From Bacteroidota bacterium (lineage in GTDB: Bacteria > Bacteroidota > Bacteroidia > UKL13-3), in assembly GCA_027488905.1 (NCBI GenBank), contig JAIYAT010000025.1, positions 14,139 through 78,138 of the forward strand: DNA of 64,000 nt, given 5' to 3'. Of the stretch, positions 35,750 through 45,707 are shown piece by piece; positions within the stretch are counted from its first letter, which is position 1, and every line of letters begins with the position of its first letter. A model generated the notes under the pieces. That model ran no database searches. It saw nothing but the letters and a program-made list of their open reading frames with translations, and was not told the DNA's origin. Both the position numbers and the translations under genes were made by a program.

Positions 35750-37418
35750 GAAATATAAAATCATAAATAAGTTGCCAGAACCGAATGCAGATTTTTTAGA
35801 AGGATTGCAGGATTTTGATGCAGTAAAAAATATGGCACAAACAGTAAACCCCAGTGCATACAAAATTCCTAAGCAATTTTCAGTTACAAAATGGGCTCTG
35901 TTAGTAGGTTCAATAATGCTTGTATTGGTGTATGTTTATTTTTGGAGCAATCAAAAAAGCCAAATCGATACTCAAGAAGCAAAAGTTGAAAAGTATCGAA
36001 ATGTGCCTTTAAAAGATTTTGAAACTCAATTCGAATACTTTGAAATTTACTCAGGTAAAGCAGATACGTTATATACTAAAAGCGGAAGTATCATTGTTTT
36101 GCCGCCCTGTAGACTTTTAGATGGACAACAAAAAGAAGTTTCTGGAAAGGTTGAGCTTAAATTTAGACAATATAACAATGCGGCAGAGTTGGCTTTAAGC
36201 GGCATTACCTTAAATTACGATTCGGCTGCTAACTCTTCTTTATTTGAGTCAAATGGAATGTTTGAAATATACGCTACCCAACAGGCGCAAAGTTTAAAGA
36301 TTAATCCTAACTGCCCATGCAAAGTATTGTTGGCAACCAACAGCCTCGATACTCGGTTCAACAATTATTATTTAGATACCAGCAAACAACAATGGCAATA
36401 TCTTGGGCCAATAGTAATTGAAGAGTTCATTTCATTCAAAACGGATGAGTCGGTTTCGTCTACTGCACCTCCAGCACCAGCCACGCAGGAAGTATTTGTA
36501 GAAGAAGTTTTGCCATCCTTGCCAATCAAAAAACTTCCACCAGCTCCACAAGAAGATAATCCTAAGCTTCCCGATTTTAAAATTGTTGCCAATGAAGCGG
36601 ATTTTCCAGAATTGGCCCTTTATAAGGGGGTTTTATTTGAGGTTGAGCCAATGGAGGCAGAAAGGTCTGTTCCTCTTTTTGCAAAAACATGGAGTAATAT
36701 AGATTTAGTAACCATAAAATCTGGACGACTGTATAAAGTTAGGATGCAAAAAATGAATAGAAGTGGTTCAGTGCTTGCCTCTGATTCTATCATTGTTCAT
36801 CCCATTGTTCCAGATGAAAATTATGAAGAGGCTCTTGAAACTTTTAAATCATTAGAAAAGGCATATTCCATAGAAGTTAGGGAACAAAGGAGGCGTATTG
36901 CGATGCAAAAAAGGAGAGATATCTATTTGCAAGATAGCCTAGGGAGAGCCATTGAGCGACGAGATAAACTAAGAACAAGAACCACACCCTCGAATACAAT
37001 TCCTGCTAACCTAGATTATGGCGGTTTGCGAGCATCGTTTTCGGTGGCTTCGTTTGGAATTTACAACAGTGATTGTCCAATTCAACTACCATCCAATACC
37101 CTTGTGGCAAATGTAAAATCAAAAAACAATGTTTATTATTCTCATATTTATCAAGTAATACCAGCCATTAATTCATTTATGGCAAATTATTCCACCGCTT
37201 ACAATTCCAAAGTTGGAGCTGAGTTTGTGATTAACCCTTTTTATTCAGAAAAGGAAAAATGGTTTATTGTTTTGGATAATAAAAGTATTGCGGTGTGGGA
37301 GTCTACTTACATCAAAAAAAATCAATTCGACTTGAAAATTTATTTAAATGTTGATGAGGCTAAAATTTATACTGGACTTTCATCCTCAAAAGATGCGGTG
37401 GCTGCTTTGTTAAAATAA
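35739..37418 (+). CDS. membrane-anchored protein of unknown function, putative anti-sigma partner
   Basis: 559 aa. Overlaps the sigma gene by 11 nt. Single TM (WALLVGSIMLVLVYVYFW), a Pro-rich linker and a large extracytoplasmic domain. Confidence 0.6.
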   Translation: MKTKKYKIINKLPEPNADFLEGLQDFDAVKNMAQTVNPSAYKIPKQFSVTKWALLVGSIMLVLVYVYFWSNQKSQIDTQEAKVEKYRNVPLKDFETQFEYFEIYSGKADTLYTKSGSIIVLPPCRLLDGQQKEVSGKVELKFRQYNNAAELALSGITLNYDSAANSSLFESNGMFEIYATQQAQSLKINPNCPCKVLLATNSLDTRFNNYYLDTSKQQWQYLGPIVIEEFISFKTDESVSSTAPPAPATQEVFVEEVLPSLPIKKLPPAPQEDNPKLPDFKIVANEADFPELALYKGVLFEVEPMEAERSVPLFAKTWSNIDLVTIKSGRLYKVRMQKMNRSGSVLASDSIIVHPIVPDENYEEALETFKSLEKAYSIEVREQRRRIAMQKRRDIYLQDSLGRAIERRDKLRTRTTPSNTIPANLDYGGLRASFSVASFGIYNSDCPIQLPSNTLVANVKSKNNVYYSHIYQVIPAINSFMANYSTAYNSKVGAEFVINPFYSEKEKWFIVLDNKSIAVWESTYIKKNQFDLKIYLNVDEAKIYTGLSSSKDAVAALLK

Positions 37419-37424
37419 AATCTA

Positions 37425-37434
37425 GGTTTGAACC
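37425..37434 (+). repeat. intergenic copy of the over-represented word GGTTTGAACC
   Basis: Exact 10-mer, 6 nt after the stop codon at 37416-37418. Confidence 0.95.
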
Positions 37435-37500
37435 AATATCCATATAATTTATCTGTAACATAAATTGACCTATATTCGTTATTGAAAAAATTTAAACGCT

Positions 37501-38460
37501 ATGAGAAAGCTACTTTTTATCTTCTTTTTTTGCGGAATCCAAGTTTTGGCTCAAGCCCAAGGAAATGAATTTTACAACTTTAACGGTAAGTTTAATAAGG
37601 GATTTCAACCTAAAACTGATTACAAAGTGGCCATTTCTCAGGATTCAACTTATAACAAAAATGGAAAACTAAAATTGGTAGAATATGATCAATTCAACAA
37701 ATTGGGTAAGCTAACTTACCGTAACACTAAAAACGGGAAACAACAAACCTTTTATACCTATTTTAGAGATACAATTTTTAAATCGGGAATTACTTTATGG
37801 AAAGGAGACACCGCAGGCCTATGGATGTATGATTTTAATGAGCAGGGGAAAATTATTAAATATAAATATGCCTATAAAAGCATTCATAAAGTAAGGTGGA
37901 GTCAAACTACTATTTACGACAGTAAACTGCGTGGGATCAAATACGAAAATCGCAACCAGAAAAACAAACTAACTGGCTATACAGAGGTTTCCTACAACGA
38001 CAGTGGCAACCTTGCCGAAAGAAAGTATTATAGTAAAAGCGGAAAGTTAAAAAGCGTTTATTCTTATGCATGTGATGCCAAGGGTGAGCAATTAAAAAAT
38101 GTTAAAAGTGTGAATTATTGCGCAAGCAAAGGCGCACATAACGACGGACGTTTTTATGAAACCATAGAAACCATTAGAAAAGGAAAAGCTGCAAGACAAG
38201 TTTATACTTACAGTGCGGATAGTTTGTTGTTAAGCTATGAATTTACCGACATTAAAGGAAAGCCAAAAGGAAAAACTTTGTATTTTTATAATGAGCAAAA
38301 CATGTGTTCGAAAATTGAGTTTTATAATGCCAAAGGAAAATTAAAATCTTATAATACGTCTAGTTATAATAATCGTGGCTACATGGCAGAGTTTAGGAGG
38401 TTTAAAGCAAATGGTAAATTAGCGTTAACTCAAAAGTCGAGTTACGTTTGGCATAATTGA
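37501..38460 (+). CDS. secreted repeat protein (YD/MORN-like G-K-L repeats), function unknown
   Basis: 319 aa with a signal peptide and recurring motifs of the type YNxxGKLxxxxxY. Confidence 0.55.
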   Translation: MRKLLFIFFFCGIQVLAQAQGNEFYNFNGKFNKGFQPKTDYKVAISQDSTYNKNGKLKLVEYDQFNKLGKLTYRNTKNGKQQTFYTYFRDTIFKSGITLWKGDTAGLWMYDFNEQGKIIKYKYAYKSIHKVRWSQTTIYDSKLRGIKYENRNQKNKLTGYTEVSYNDSGNLAERKYYSKSGKLKSVYSYACDAKGEQLKNVKSVNYCASKGAHNDGRFYETIETIRKGKAARQVYTYSADSLLLSYEFTDIKGKPKGKTLYFYNEQNMCSKIEFYNAKGKLKSYNTSSYNNRGYMAEFRRFKANGKLALTQKSSYVWHN

Positions 38461-39039
38461 TTAAAAGGAAAATCCAAAATTAAGGGTAACTATATGAAAA
38501 AAAGCAACATCTTTTCCTGTAAGGTTTCGATAGTAGGTGGTGTTTCCTTGTAATAGCATTTTCGGCCCTAAGCTTATTACCATAGCCGTATTTTCAGATA
38601 CATAATGCCTTAGGCCTATTGTTGGTTGAAGTATATAAATGGGATTTAAATAGCTGTTTAATATAAACCCTCCAGATATTCCTAAAACAGATGTGTTTTT
38701 CCCTTCGCCAGAAGCGATTCTCGCATCTAAAGTAATTGGATACTTTATTGCGGATGTTCCATAAGTAGCAAGTGTAGCTCCAAGACCTATGCCCAAAGAA
38801 AAATTATAATTAAATTGGTAGCCATTAACGGTTCTTAATTCAATCAAAACCTCCTCACTGTTGATTGGTCCTTGTTTTCGATAGCCTAAACCAAATTCAG
38901 TTATGTTGATAAATCCACGGTACTTAAACCCAGTTTCATTGAATTTTCTTTGAAAAAGTGGAGGGTTTTTGTGGTTGGAGCCGTAAACTAGCATAGTGCT
39001 TGTTAAAAATGAAAAAAGTATTAGGGTTCTAAAAAACAT
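38461..39039 (-). CDS. small outer-membrane beta-barrel-like protein
   Basis: 192 aa with a signal peptide, alternating hydrophobic beta pattern and a C-terminal ...LNFGFSF with terminal Phe. Confidence 0.6.
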   Translation of the reverse strand: MFFRTLILFSFLTSTMLVYGSNHKNPPLFQRKFNETGFKYRGFINITEFGLGYRKQGPINSEEVLIELRTVNGYQFNYNFSLGIGLGATLATYGTSAIKYPITLDARIASGEGKNTSVLGISGGFILNSYLNPIYILQPTIGLRHYVSENTAMVISLGPKMLLQGNTTYYRNLTGKDVAFFHIVTLNFGFSF

Positions 39040-39101
39040 AAAAAATTAAATGATATTCAAAAGTATTATAGCAAAATTAAAAAGGAAAGCTATTTTGCAA
39101 A

Positions 39102-40256
39102 ATGCAAAAAAAGCTGATAATTGGCTTATTACTTTTAGGAGGAGTTTACCTCTTGTTATTGTTGACAGGAAACAAGCATGTGCCTCGTACGCTTTGGATG
39201 ACCATATTTCATGGTAAACTAGGGCCAGATATTGATGAACTAAATGATTTTCCTGTTAGAAAGATTAGCAAGTTACAAACTCAAGTTTGGCCACTTTCTT
39301 CCAAGTACAATACCTTTGATTTAGGCGATGTGCAAATTTCAAAAATAAAGGCATATGAAACCACTGCAATAGTTGCAATTCATAAGGACAGTTTATTGTT
39401 CGAATGGTATGATTTAAACTATGATGTAAAAACAGTAAGTAATAGCTTCTCAATGGCCAAAAGTTTTACTGCTGCGCTTGTAGGGATTGCATTAAAGGAG
39501 GGTTTTATAAAAAGCCTAGATGAACCAATTGGGAGCTACATTGAAGCTTACGCTGCAGCGCCTTATGATAAAATTACCATTAGGCACGCCTTAATGATGA
39601 GCAGTGGATTGGATTTTAAAGAGGATTATGGAAGTATGTTTTCTTGGCCTGCGAAAGCCTATTATGGAAAAGATGTAAATGCAACTATTTTAAATCCACC
39701 TAAAGTAAATGAGCCTGGCGAAGTTTATGCCTACAAAGGGGGAGATACGCAATTACTTGGAATGGTTTTAGAAAAGGTAACTGGTAAAAGAGTTGCTACT
39801 TATGCTGCTGAAAAATTATGGGGAAAAATTGGCGCAGAGTCGGATGCTTTTTGGAGCTTAGATGTTAATGATGGAATGGAAAAAGTAAGTTGTTGTTATT
39901 ACGCAACAGCCAGAGATTTTGCCAGGATTGGAAAACTATACATGAATTATGGTAAATGGGAAAGTGAGCAATTAATAGATAGTGCTTATGTTGCCTTAAG
40001 TCTAAGGCCTGGCGCTCCTGTAACTTCTACTGGAAAAAGAAATACTGAGTATGGATACCAATGGTGGTTGTTGAATTACAAGGATAATGAGGTTTTTTAT
40101 GCCAGAGGAATCAAAGGGCAATACATTTTCGTAGTACCTGCTAAAGAATTAATTTTAGTAAGGCTAGGTCACAAAAGGGCAGAAAAAAAGGGAGATGAGC
40201 TGCCTGCTGATATTTTTGAATATTTAGATTTGGCAAATGAAATTGCTAAGAATTAA
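39102..40256 (+). CDS. serine hydrolase (class C beta-lactamase / PBP4* family)
   Basis: 384 aa with an N-terminal TM or signal sequence and the SxxK motif FSMAKSF. Family-typical YGYQWW region. Confidence 0.8.
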   Translation: MQKKLIIGLLLLGGVYLLLLLTGNKHVPRTLWMTIFHGKLGPDIDELNDFPVRKISKLQTQVWPLSSKYNTFDLGDVQISKIKAYETTAIVAIHKDSLLFEWYDLNYDVKTVSNSFSMAKSFTAALVGIALKEGFIKSLDEPIGSYIEAYAAAPYDKITIRHALMMSSGLDFKEDYGSMFSWPAKAYYGKDVNATILNPPKVNEPGEVYAYKGGDTQLLGMVLEKVTGKRVATYAAEKLWGKIGAESDAFWSLDVNDGMEKVSCCYYATARDFARIGKLYMNYGKWESEQLIDSAYVALSLRPGAPVTSTGKRNTEYGYQWWLLNYKDNEVFYARGIKGQYIFVVPAKELILVRLGHKRAEKKGDELPADIFEYLDLANEIAKN

Positions 40257-40675
40257 TCCCTAACATCTACCAAATATTCTATATTTTCAGGAGAAGGTCC
40301 TGTAATTTTTAATAGACCCTTTTTGCCTTTTCTTGTAACAATTACCAATCCATCTTTATTGTTTCCAATATAATCATAAATTGGATCAAGTAATATTTCT
40401 CCTTGTTCATTGATAAGGCCAAGAAGGCCCATTTTTTCAACTCGAGCATAGCCCTTTTCGAACGGATAAATTTGGTCAAATTCAGGTTTAATTACTTCTT
40501 CGCCTTGCATATCAATAAAGCCCATTTTGCCATTTCTGATAACCTTTGCCCTTCCATTCTTAAAAGGATAAATTACATCGTATCCCTTCAGAACTTTTCC
40601 ACCAACTTTCTTTTGGGCAGATAGTTTTTCTGAGCCAAAAAAAAGAAACACCGCGATTAAAAGTAAGATTCTCAT
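40253..40675 (-). CDS. WG-repeat (KWG) containing secreted protein
   Basis: 140 aa with a signal peptide and repeats of the form GKMGFIDMQGEEVIKPEFDQIYPFEKGYARV. Confidence 0.75.
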   Translation of the reverse strand: MRILLLIAVFLFFGSEKLSAQKKVGGKVLKGYDVIYPFKNGRAKVIRNGKMGFIDMQGEEVIKPEFDQIYPFEKGYARVEKMGLLGLINEQGEILLDPIYDYIGNNKDGLVIVTRKGKKGLLKITGPSPENIEYLVDVRD

Positions 40676-40775
40676 TGAGCACGCAAATTAATAGTTTTGA
40701 TTGAATTTCAAATCTTATGCCACTTTAATGTTTATTTAATTAAAAAAATCACATATTCGCATAAACAATTTAAAA

Positions 40776-41324
40776 ATGGACAAATTTTCCAAGAAAGCTT
40801 CAAGAGCATTAATTATTCGTGGTTTTTTATATCTGTTTGCAGGTTTGATAGCTTTTTTCCTGAATCTCGAGCAAGGGGGACAGGCTATACCATTAATGAG
40901 TATTCTAACAATACTTAGCGGCGGTTTAGTTTTAGTTGCTGCTTTTGGTCATAAAAAGAAACAACAGGTTTGGTATTATACCGCTGTATGGGGTCTTCTA
41001 GAATTAGCCTTAGGAATATATTTAACCTTATTTGAACCAGACTATGAGTTTTTTGTGAATTTAGTAGCTATCTTAGTTATATTAACTGCTTTGTTTGCAG
41101 TGGTTTTTTCATTTAATGCAAGGAAAAAGCAAAACTATTTTTACTTAATTGCAATTATCAATGGTGCTTGGGGATTTGCTATGAGTAATTTCAGCGCAGC
41201 TTTATTACCATATTTTGGTGTAATGTTAATTGGATTGCTAATAGTTGATGGGTTACTAGGAATTTATGGTGGTCTCTTATATCAATCCGTTCAAGAGAAA
41301 ATGCATAGGAGAAAAAGTGGATAG
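40776..41324 (+). CDS. HdeD/DUF308-like polytopic membrane protein
   Basis: 182 aa with about 6 TM helices in three paired repeats. The family assignment is from memory of the architecture only. Confidence 0.55.
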   Translation: MDKFSKKASRALIIRGFLYLFAGLIAFFLNLEQGGQAIPLMSILTILSGGLVLVAAFGHKKKQQVWYYTAVWGLLELALGIYLTLFEPDYEFFVNLVAILVILTALFAVVFSFNARKKQNYFYLIAIINGAWGFAMSNFSAALLPYFGVMLIGLLIVDGLLGIYGGLLYQSVQEKMHRRKSG

Positions 41325-41336
41325 AAACTATTGCTT

Positions 41337-41346
41337 GGTTCAAACC
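41337..41346 (-). repeat. intergenic copy of the over-represented word GGTTTGAACC (reads GGTTCAAACC on the plus strand)
   Basis: Exact 10-mer, 12 nt after the stop at 41324. Confidence 0.95.
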
Positions 41347-41370
41347 AAATGAAACCTACAAATCTATTTT

Positions 41371-42384
41371 ATGAAAGCCAAGAATAGAAATCTTTTATAC
41401 TTATTTAGTCTAACACCTTCACTTTTTTGTGTTTTTGGTAACGCAAATGGAGGAGTTTATACTTTAGCTAACTTTTTTTATTCTTTAGTCGTACTTGCAT
41501 TAATTGAATGGCTTACAAAGCCAATTACTGGAAATGAAGCCACAGCAAAAGATGATTTTATACCTAAAGGGGTTTTGTATTTGCATATACCTTTTCAATT
41601 ACTAAGTATATCATCGTTAATTTATGGAATAGGTTCAGAATTAATTCAAGGACAATGGGTTTGGACAGCAGCCTTAAGTACGGGCATCAACTCAGGTTCT
41701 TCTGCGATTGTGGTTTCTCATGAATTAATTCACCAAAAAAATAAGTTTAAACAGTTTTTAGGTCGTTGGTTGCTTTTTACAGCAGGAAATATGTATTTTT
41801 TTGTAGATCATTTAAGGGTGCATCACAAATGGGTTGGAACCGATAAAGATCATGCCTCTGCCAAAAAAGGGGAAAACTTATATTACTTCTTTGTTAAATC
41901 TGTTTTTGGTCAATGGAAAGGCGCAATTCAACTCGAAACTGAAAGATTGAAAAAAGAAGGCAAACCCAATTATTTATTTAATCATTATGTTTTTAGGCAA
42001 TTTATTTTGCATGCAATATTCGACACAATGCTTGTGTATTATGGTGGCTTTTACCTTTTAAGTATTTGGATTTTCCATTGTGTTATTGCGAACTTTTTAC
42101 TCGAATATGTTAACTATGTGCAACACTATGGGTTAAGTCGCCCAGAGAATACGCGCGTAACCGAACTGCACAGTTGGGATTCTGATTGTTTTGTGAGCAG
42201 GTTTTTATTGGTTGATTTGAGTAGACATGCAGATCATCATTACTACGCCTCAAAACCCTATCATACATTGATAAATTATGATAAAAGCCCTAAAATGCCT
42301 AGTGGTTATGCTGGCCTGTTTTTTATTGCTGCCATTCCACCTTTATGGTTTGCAATGATGGATAAGCGAATTCCAATCGCTTAA
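41371..42384 (+). CDS. AlkB-like membrane di-iron hydroxylase (alkane 1-monooxygenase / fatty acid desaturase superfamily)
   Basis: 337 aa with His boxes HELIHQ, HLRVHH, NYVQHYGL and SRHADHHYYASKPY in the AlkB order. Confidence 0.8.
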   Translation: MKAKNRNLLYLFSLTPSLFCVFGNANGGVYTLANFFYSLVVLALIEWLTKPITGNEATAKDDFIPKGVLYLHIPFQLLSISSLIYGIGSELIQGQWVWTAALSTGINSGSSAIVVSHELIHQKNKFKQFLGRWLLFTAGNMYFFVDHLRVHHKWVGTDKDHASAKKGENLYYFFVKSVFGQWKGAIQLETERLKKEGKPNYLFNHYVFRQFILHAIFDTMLVYYGGFYLLSIWIFHCVIANFLLEYVNYVQHYGLSRPENTRVTELHSWDSDCFVSRFLLVDLSRHADHHYYASKPYHTLINYDKSPKMPSGYAGLFFIAAIPPLWFAMMDKRIPIA

Positions 42385-43037
42385 TTCAACTGCATTTCTG
42401 GAGTATTATCATTTGCCACAAGCCTTCCTTCTGTTTTGCTTATGATATAATCTACACTAACACCAGGAGCCCTTTCAAGTAGAACAAAACCATCTTGAGT
42501 AATATCAAATACACCAAGTTCGGTAACAACTTTTTTCACGCAGCCCAAACCTGTAATGGGCAGACTACATTGTTTAAGAAGCTTAGATTCGCCTGCTTTA
42601 TTTACATGTTGCATGGCTACAATGATATTTTTAGCAGAAGCCACCAAATCCATAGCTCCTCCCATTCCTTTAACCATTTTTCCTGGGATTTTCCAGTTGG
42701 CAATGTCTCCGTTATCAGCTACTTCCATAGCGCCAAGAACGGTTAGGTCAACCCTGCCACTTCTTATCATGCCAAAACTCATAGCCGAATCGAAGAAGCT
42801 AGAGCCAGCAGTTGTAGTAACAGTTTGTTTTCCTGCGTTAATTAAATCGGCATCTACCTCTTCTTCATATGGAAAAGGGCCAATACCAAGTAAACCATTT
42901 TCGGATTGAAGAATTACCTCAATGCCTTTAGGCACGTAATTGGCCACTAGGGTGGGAATTCCTATTCCTAAATTTACATAGTATCCATCTTTTAATTCCT
43001 GCGCAATGCGCTTGGCAATTCCAAATTTATCTAACAT
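42381..43037 (-). CDS. scoB: 3-oxoacid CoA-transferase, subunit B
   Basis: 218 aa with the catalytic Glu context SENGLLG plus GMGGAMDLV. Confidence 0.9.
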   Translation of the reverse strand: MLDKFGIAKRIAQELKDGYYVNLGIGIPTLVANYVPKGIEVILQSENGLLGIGPFPYEEEVDADLINAGKQTVTTTAGSSFFDSAMSFGMIRSGRVDLTVLGAMEVADNGDIANWKIPGKMVKGMGGAMDLVASAKNIIVAMQHVNKAGESKLLKQCSLPITGLGCVKKVVTELGVFDITQDGFVLLERAPGVSVDYIISKTEGRLVANDNTPEMQLN

Positions 43038-43045
43038 AATGTTTC

Positions 43046-43055
43046 GGTTTGAACC
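43046..43055 (+). repeat. intergenic copy of the over-represented word GGTTTGAACC
   Basis: Exact 10-mer with flank TTTC. Lies between the scoB start (43037) and the stop of the T9SS cargo gene (43105). Confidence 0.95.
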
Positions 43056-43104
43056 TAGGCAAATGTATGCAGCAAAGGATAAGAATGCAAAAAGTAACTA
43101 TGAA

Positions 43105-45594
43105 TTATGGATTGAAAATGAATTTAAGTGTAATTGTTTTTTCTCCACTTAATTTAATAAAATAAATTCCTGATTGTTTAAGCTCTTTAGAGAGGTCAAA
43201 TTGGGTTTTGGTTTGATCCAAAGAACCTGATGTGATTGACTTTCCAAGGATATCTGTTATTTCATAAGATTGAAAGGAGTTGTTGTTAGAAATGATTTCA
43301 AACTCGCCCTTGTTAGGGTTTGGAACAAGCATTGGAATCGAATTTGAACCCTTGTTGTTTTCGCCTATCCCAACTGGAACAACCCAAAGGGCTTCCTCTA
43401 AAAAGATGGTTTCTCCACTAAATGTATTTGGAGGATATTGATCAATTCTCAAGTCATATGTGCCAGTTAAGCTATCTCCGGCTTCCACTTCAAATTCAAG
43501 TATGGTGTCATTTAACACCTTGTAAGAAATAGTTTTTAAGTTGTTTTCATAAACAAAATCTTTTCTGAAGTTAAATTGAATTTCTTTGAAGTAGGTCCAG
43601 TTTGAGGCATCTGACTGCAAGGTGAATTTGGTTCTAGAGCCTTTGGCTATCCAGTTTGGAGAAAATAGCGTAATGGAAGGTGAATAGACCATATTCATTA
43701 AAAAATCGTTTCCAATGAATCCATCAATTTCATTATAAAAAATAGGGTCAGCATTACCTCCTCTAAATTGTATGCATGTGTCGTTTATAACAACTGGGCT
43801 GTGGTAATAACTTCCAAGCCTAATTTCTTTTGCTTGTGAAAAATGAGTATTTTTAAACCAACAAGTATACAAGCGAGTTTCTCCACCGCCATCATAGGCT
43901 ACCGTTTTTGGAGATATCTCTACGGCACGGGAGACATTATTCATCACGTAAATGGCTTCTTTTTGTAAATGCCACTTTTGGGTGAGCGTATCGTAAATTT
44001 CTGCATCATAGTAACCTGGTATAGCAAGGCTATCCACATTAAATACTACTGTTCCATAAGATCTATAGTCTGGATGCACCTTAATGCTTATGCTAGAGTC
44101 TATTGTGCCATTTCGTAAAAATCTTACAGGGGCTAAATACATTTTAAACCTATTTGCTAATGAAGGCAAAATTAAGGTAAGAATTTTTTTGCTTGAATCT
44201 ATTCGACCAATATTTAAAAGGTGGTTTGGCCTTAATTCAATTATTAATGGAAGGAATTTGCTAATAAATAATGCATTTTCAAGGATAATCTCGGGTTTAT
44301 TTACTTGAATAATCTTGAGGTCGAAAATTCCTTCTTTAGAAAGTGTGTCTAAATGTCCCAATAAATATTTTCCACCTTTATGTATGATTATTGAATCAAT
44401 AAAAATGCTCGAATTCTCTGGAAACTCAAACCTAATTCCATTAGTATCTAAAGGATTTTTTGAGTCATCTATGCTAATTTCAAACGGTAAGCCAGGCATG
44501 GAGGCTCCTGATCTTAACATTAAAACAGGGGGCCTATAAATGTATAATTGATTGAGTATCCTTAAATCTGACAATTGAGGATGTTTAAAAACCAAGTCAT
44601 AACTACCAGATGGTAAGCTACTAGGAATTACTAAGGAAAAATAAAAAGTAGCTTGATGGTATCCAAATGATGGATTTGAAAAATATACCGAATCAAAAAT
44701 TGCTGAATCTGAAAGGAACGTTTGGGGGATTATTTCACCATTATTATTGGCCAATTTAAGAGAAGCTTGTAAAATATGTTGTAAAGTGTCGGGGTTAAAG
44801 TATGGTGTTTGCTTAATTGTGACACTAACCTTGCTGAAACTATTTTGGCCGCTGTATATGAATGGTTGGTTTACAGATGAAAAATACTCAATTTTTGAGT
44901 AGCCAAATTGCTTATTTAAAAAGAAAATGCCTGTGAAATTATGCTTAACCCCATCGCGTTTATTTCTATAACCTATTTGAAAGGCGCCTGAACTCCCTTT
45001 GGACGGCGAGGGGAAATTTATAATTGCTAATGTATCTGAGATAACTGTTACGGAATCTAACACATTAAATGCATTTATTCCATTGGTAGAATAGCCAAAC
45101 TCTGTTTCAGTTTCGAGAAAATGAGTCCCCAATCCAACTAGTTTTATTTGAACAAAGTCGCCAATTGAGTCTGAATTTATCATAGGGTTATTATAAATGC
45201 TTCGAATTTTGAATTGGTCTGGATTTAATTTAACTATTTTAAAATTACAACGGCCAATAGTTCTTCCTTCAAGACGTTCGTTATCAATGTTTATGATTGA
45301 TATTATTGTGTTTGCGCTTACCTTGTTTAGTGCTATTTTTAGCTGTAAGGTAGAGTCGTTAATTATTTTGAATGAACTATGGCTATTTAAACCGTTTCCG
45401 AAATCTGTTAAGAAATTAGCAGAGGTTCTAGCATTTTGACTGAAATTAGCATTTCCAAAATATAGGTATACTAAATTGGTGTCACCTTCATACACCCAAT
45501 CTCTGCTCATTCCTTTTAGGTATTGTGCCTTTAAGTTTTGGATGGCAAAACTGCAAAGCAAAGCACAAATAATAAAATGTTTTAAGTTTCTCAT
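43105..45594 (-). CDS. large secreted protein of unknown function with a T9SS C-terminal sorting domain
   Basis: 829 aa. Signal peptide MRNLKHFIICALLCSFAIQNLKAQ. The last roughly 80 aa (VPNPNKGEFEI...GIYFIKL...) match the Por/T9SS CTD pattern. Confidence 0.75.
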   Translation of the reverse strand: MRNLKHFIICALLCSFAIQNLKAQYLKGMSRDWVYEGDTNLVYLYFGNANFSQNARTSANFLTDFGNGLNSHSSFKIINDSTLQLKIALNKVSANTIISIINIDNERLEGRTIGRCNFKIVKLNPDQFKIRSIYNNPMINSDSIGDFVQIKLVGLGTHFLETETEFGYSTNGINAFNVLDSVTVISDTLAIINFPSPSKGSSGAFQIGYRNKRDGVKHNFTGIFFLNKQFGYSKIEYFSSVNQPFIYSGQNSFSKVSVTIKQTPYFNPDTLQHILQASLKLANNNGEIIPQTFLSDSAIFDSVYFSNPSFGYHQATFYFSLVIPSSLPSGSYDLVFKHPQLSDLRILNQLYIYRPPVLMLRSGASMPGLPFEISIDDSKNPLDTNGIRFEFPENSSIFIDSIIIHKGGKYLLGHLDTLSKEGIFDLKIIQVNKPEIILENALFISKFLPLIIELRPNHLLNIGRIDSSKKILTLILPSLANRFKMYLAPVRFLRNGTIDSSISIKVHPDYRSYGTVVFNVDSLAIPGYYDAEIYDTLTQKWHLQKEAIYVMNNVSRAVEISPKTVAYDGGGETRLYTCWFKNTHFSQAKEIRLGSYYHSPVVINDTCIQFRGGNADPIFYNEIDGFIGNDFLMNMVYSPSITLFSPNWIAKGSRTKFTLQSDASNWTYFKEIQFNFRKDFVYENNLKTISYKVLNDTILEFEVEAGDSLTGTYDLRIDQYPPNTFSGETIFLEEALWVVPVGIGENNKGSNSIPMLVPNPNKGEFEIISNNNSFQSYEITDILGKSITSGSLDQTKTQFDLSKELKQSGIYFIKLSGEKTITLKFIFNP

Positions 45595-45707
45595 AGCTGA
45601 TAGTCAAAGCTAAAGCATTTGATAGTTTAAATTTAATGAATATTTTATAATTAACATACATTTAATTCCGAAAAAAATCTTCAATATTGAAGGAGTTAAC
45701 CAAGCTA

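Noticed and set aside
40697-40918. 73 aa ORF overlapping the start of the DUF308-like gene
   Set aside because: It is in a different frame from the better-supported 182 aa membrane protein starting at 40776, and it has no signal of its own.
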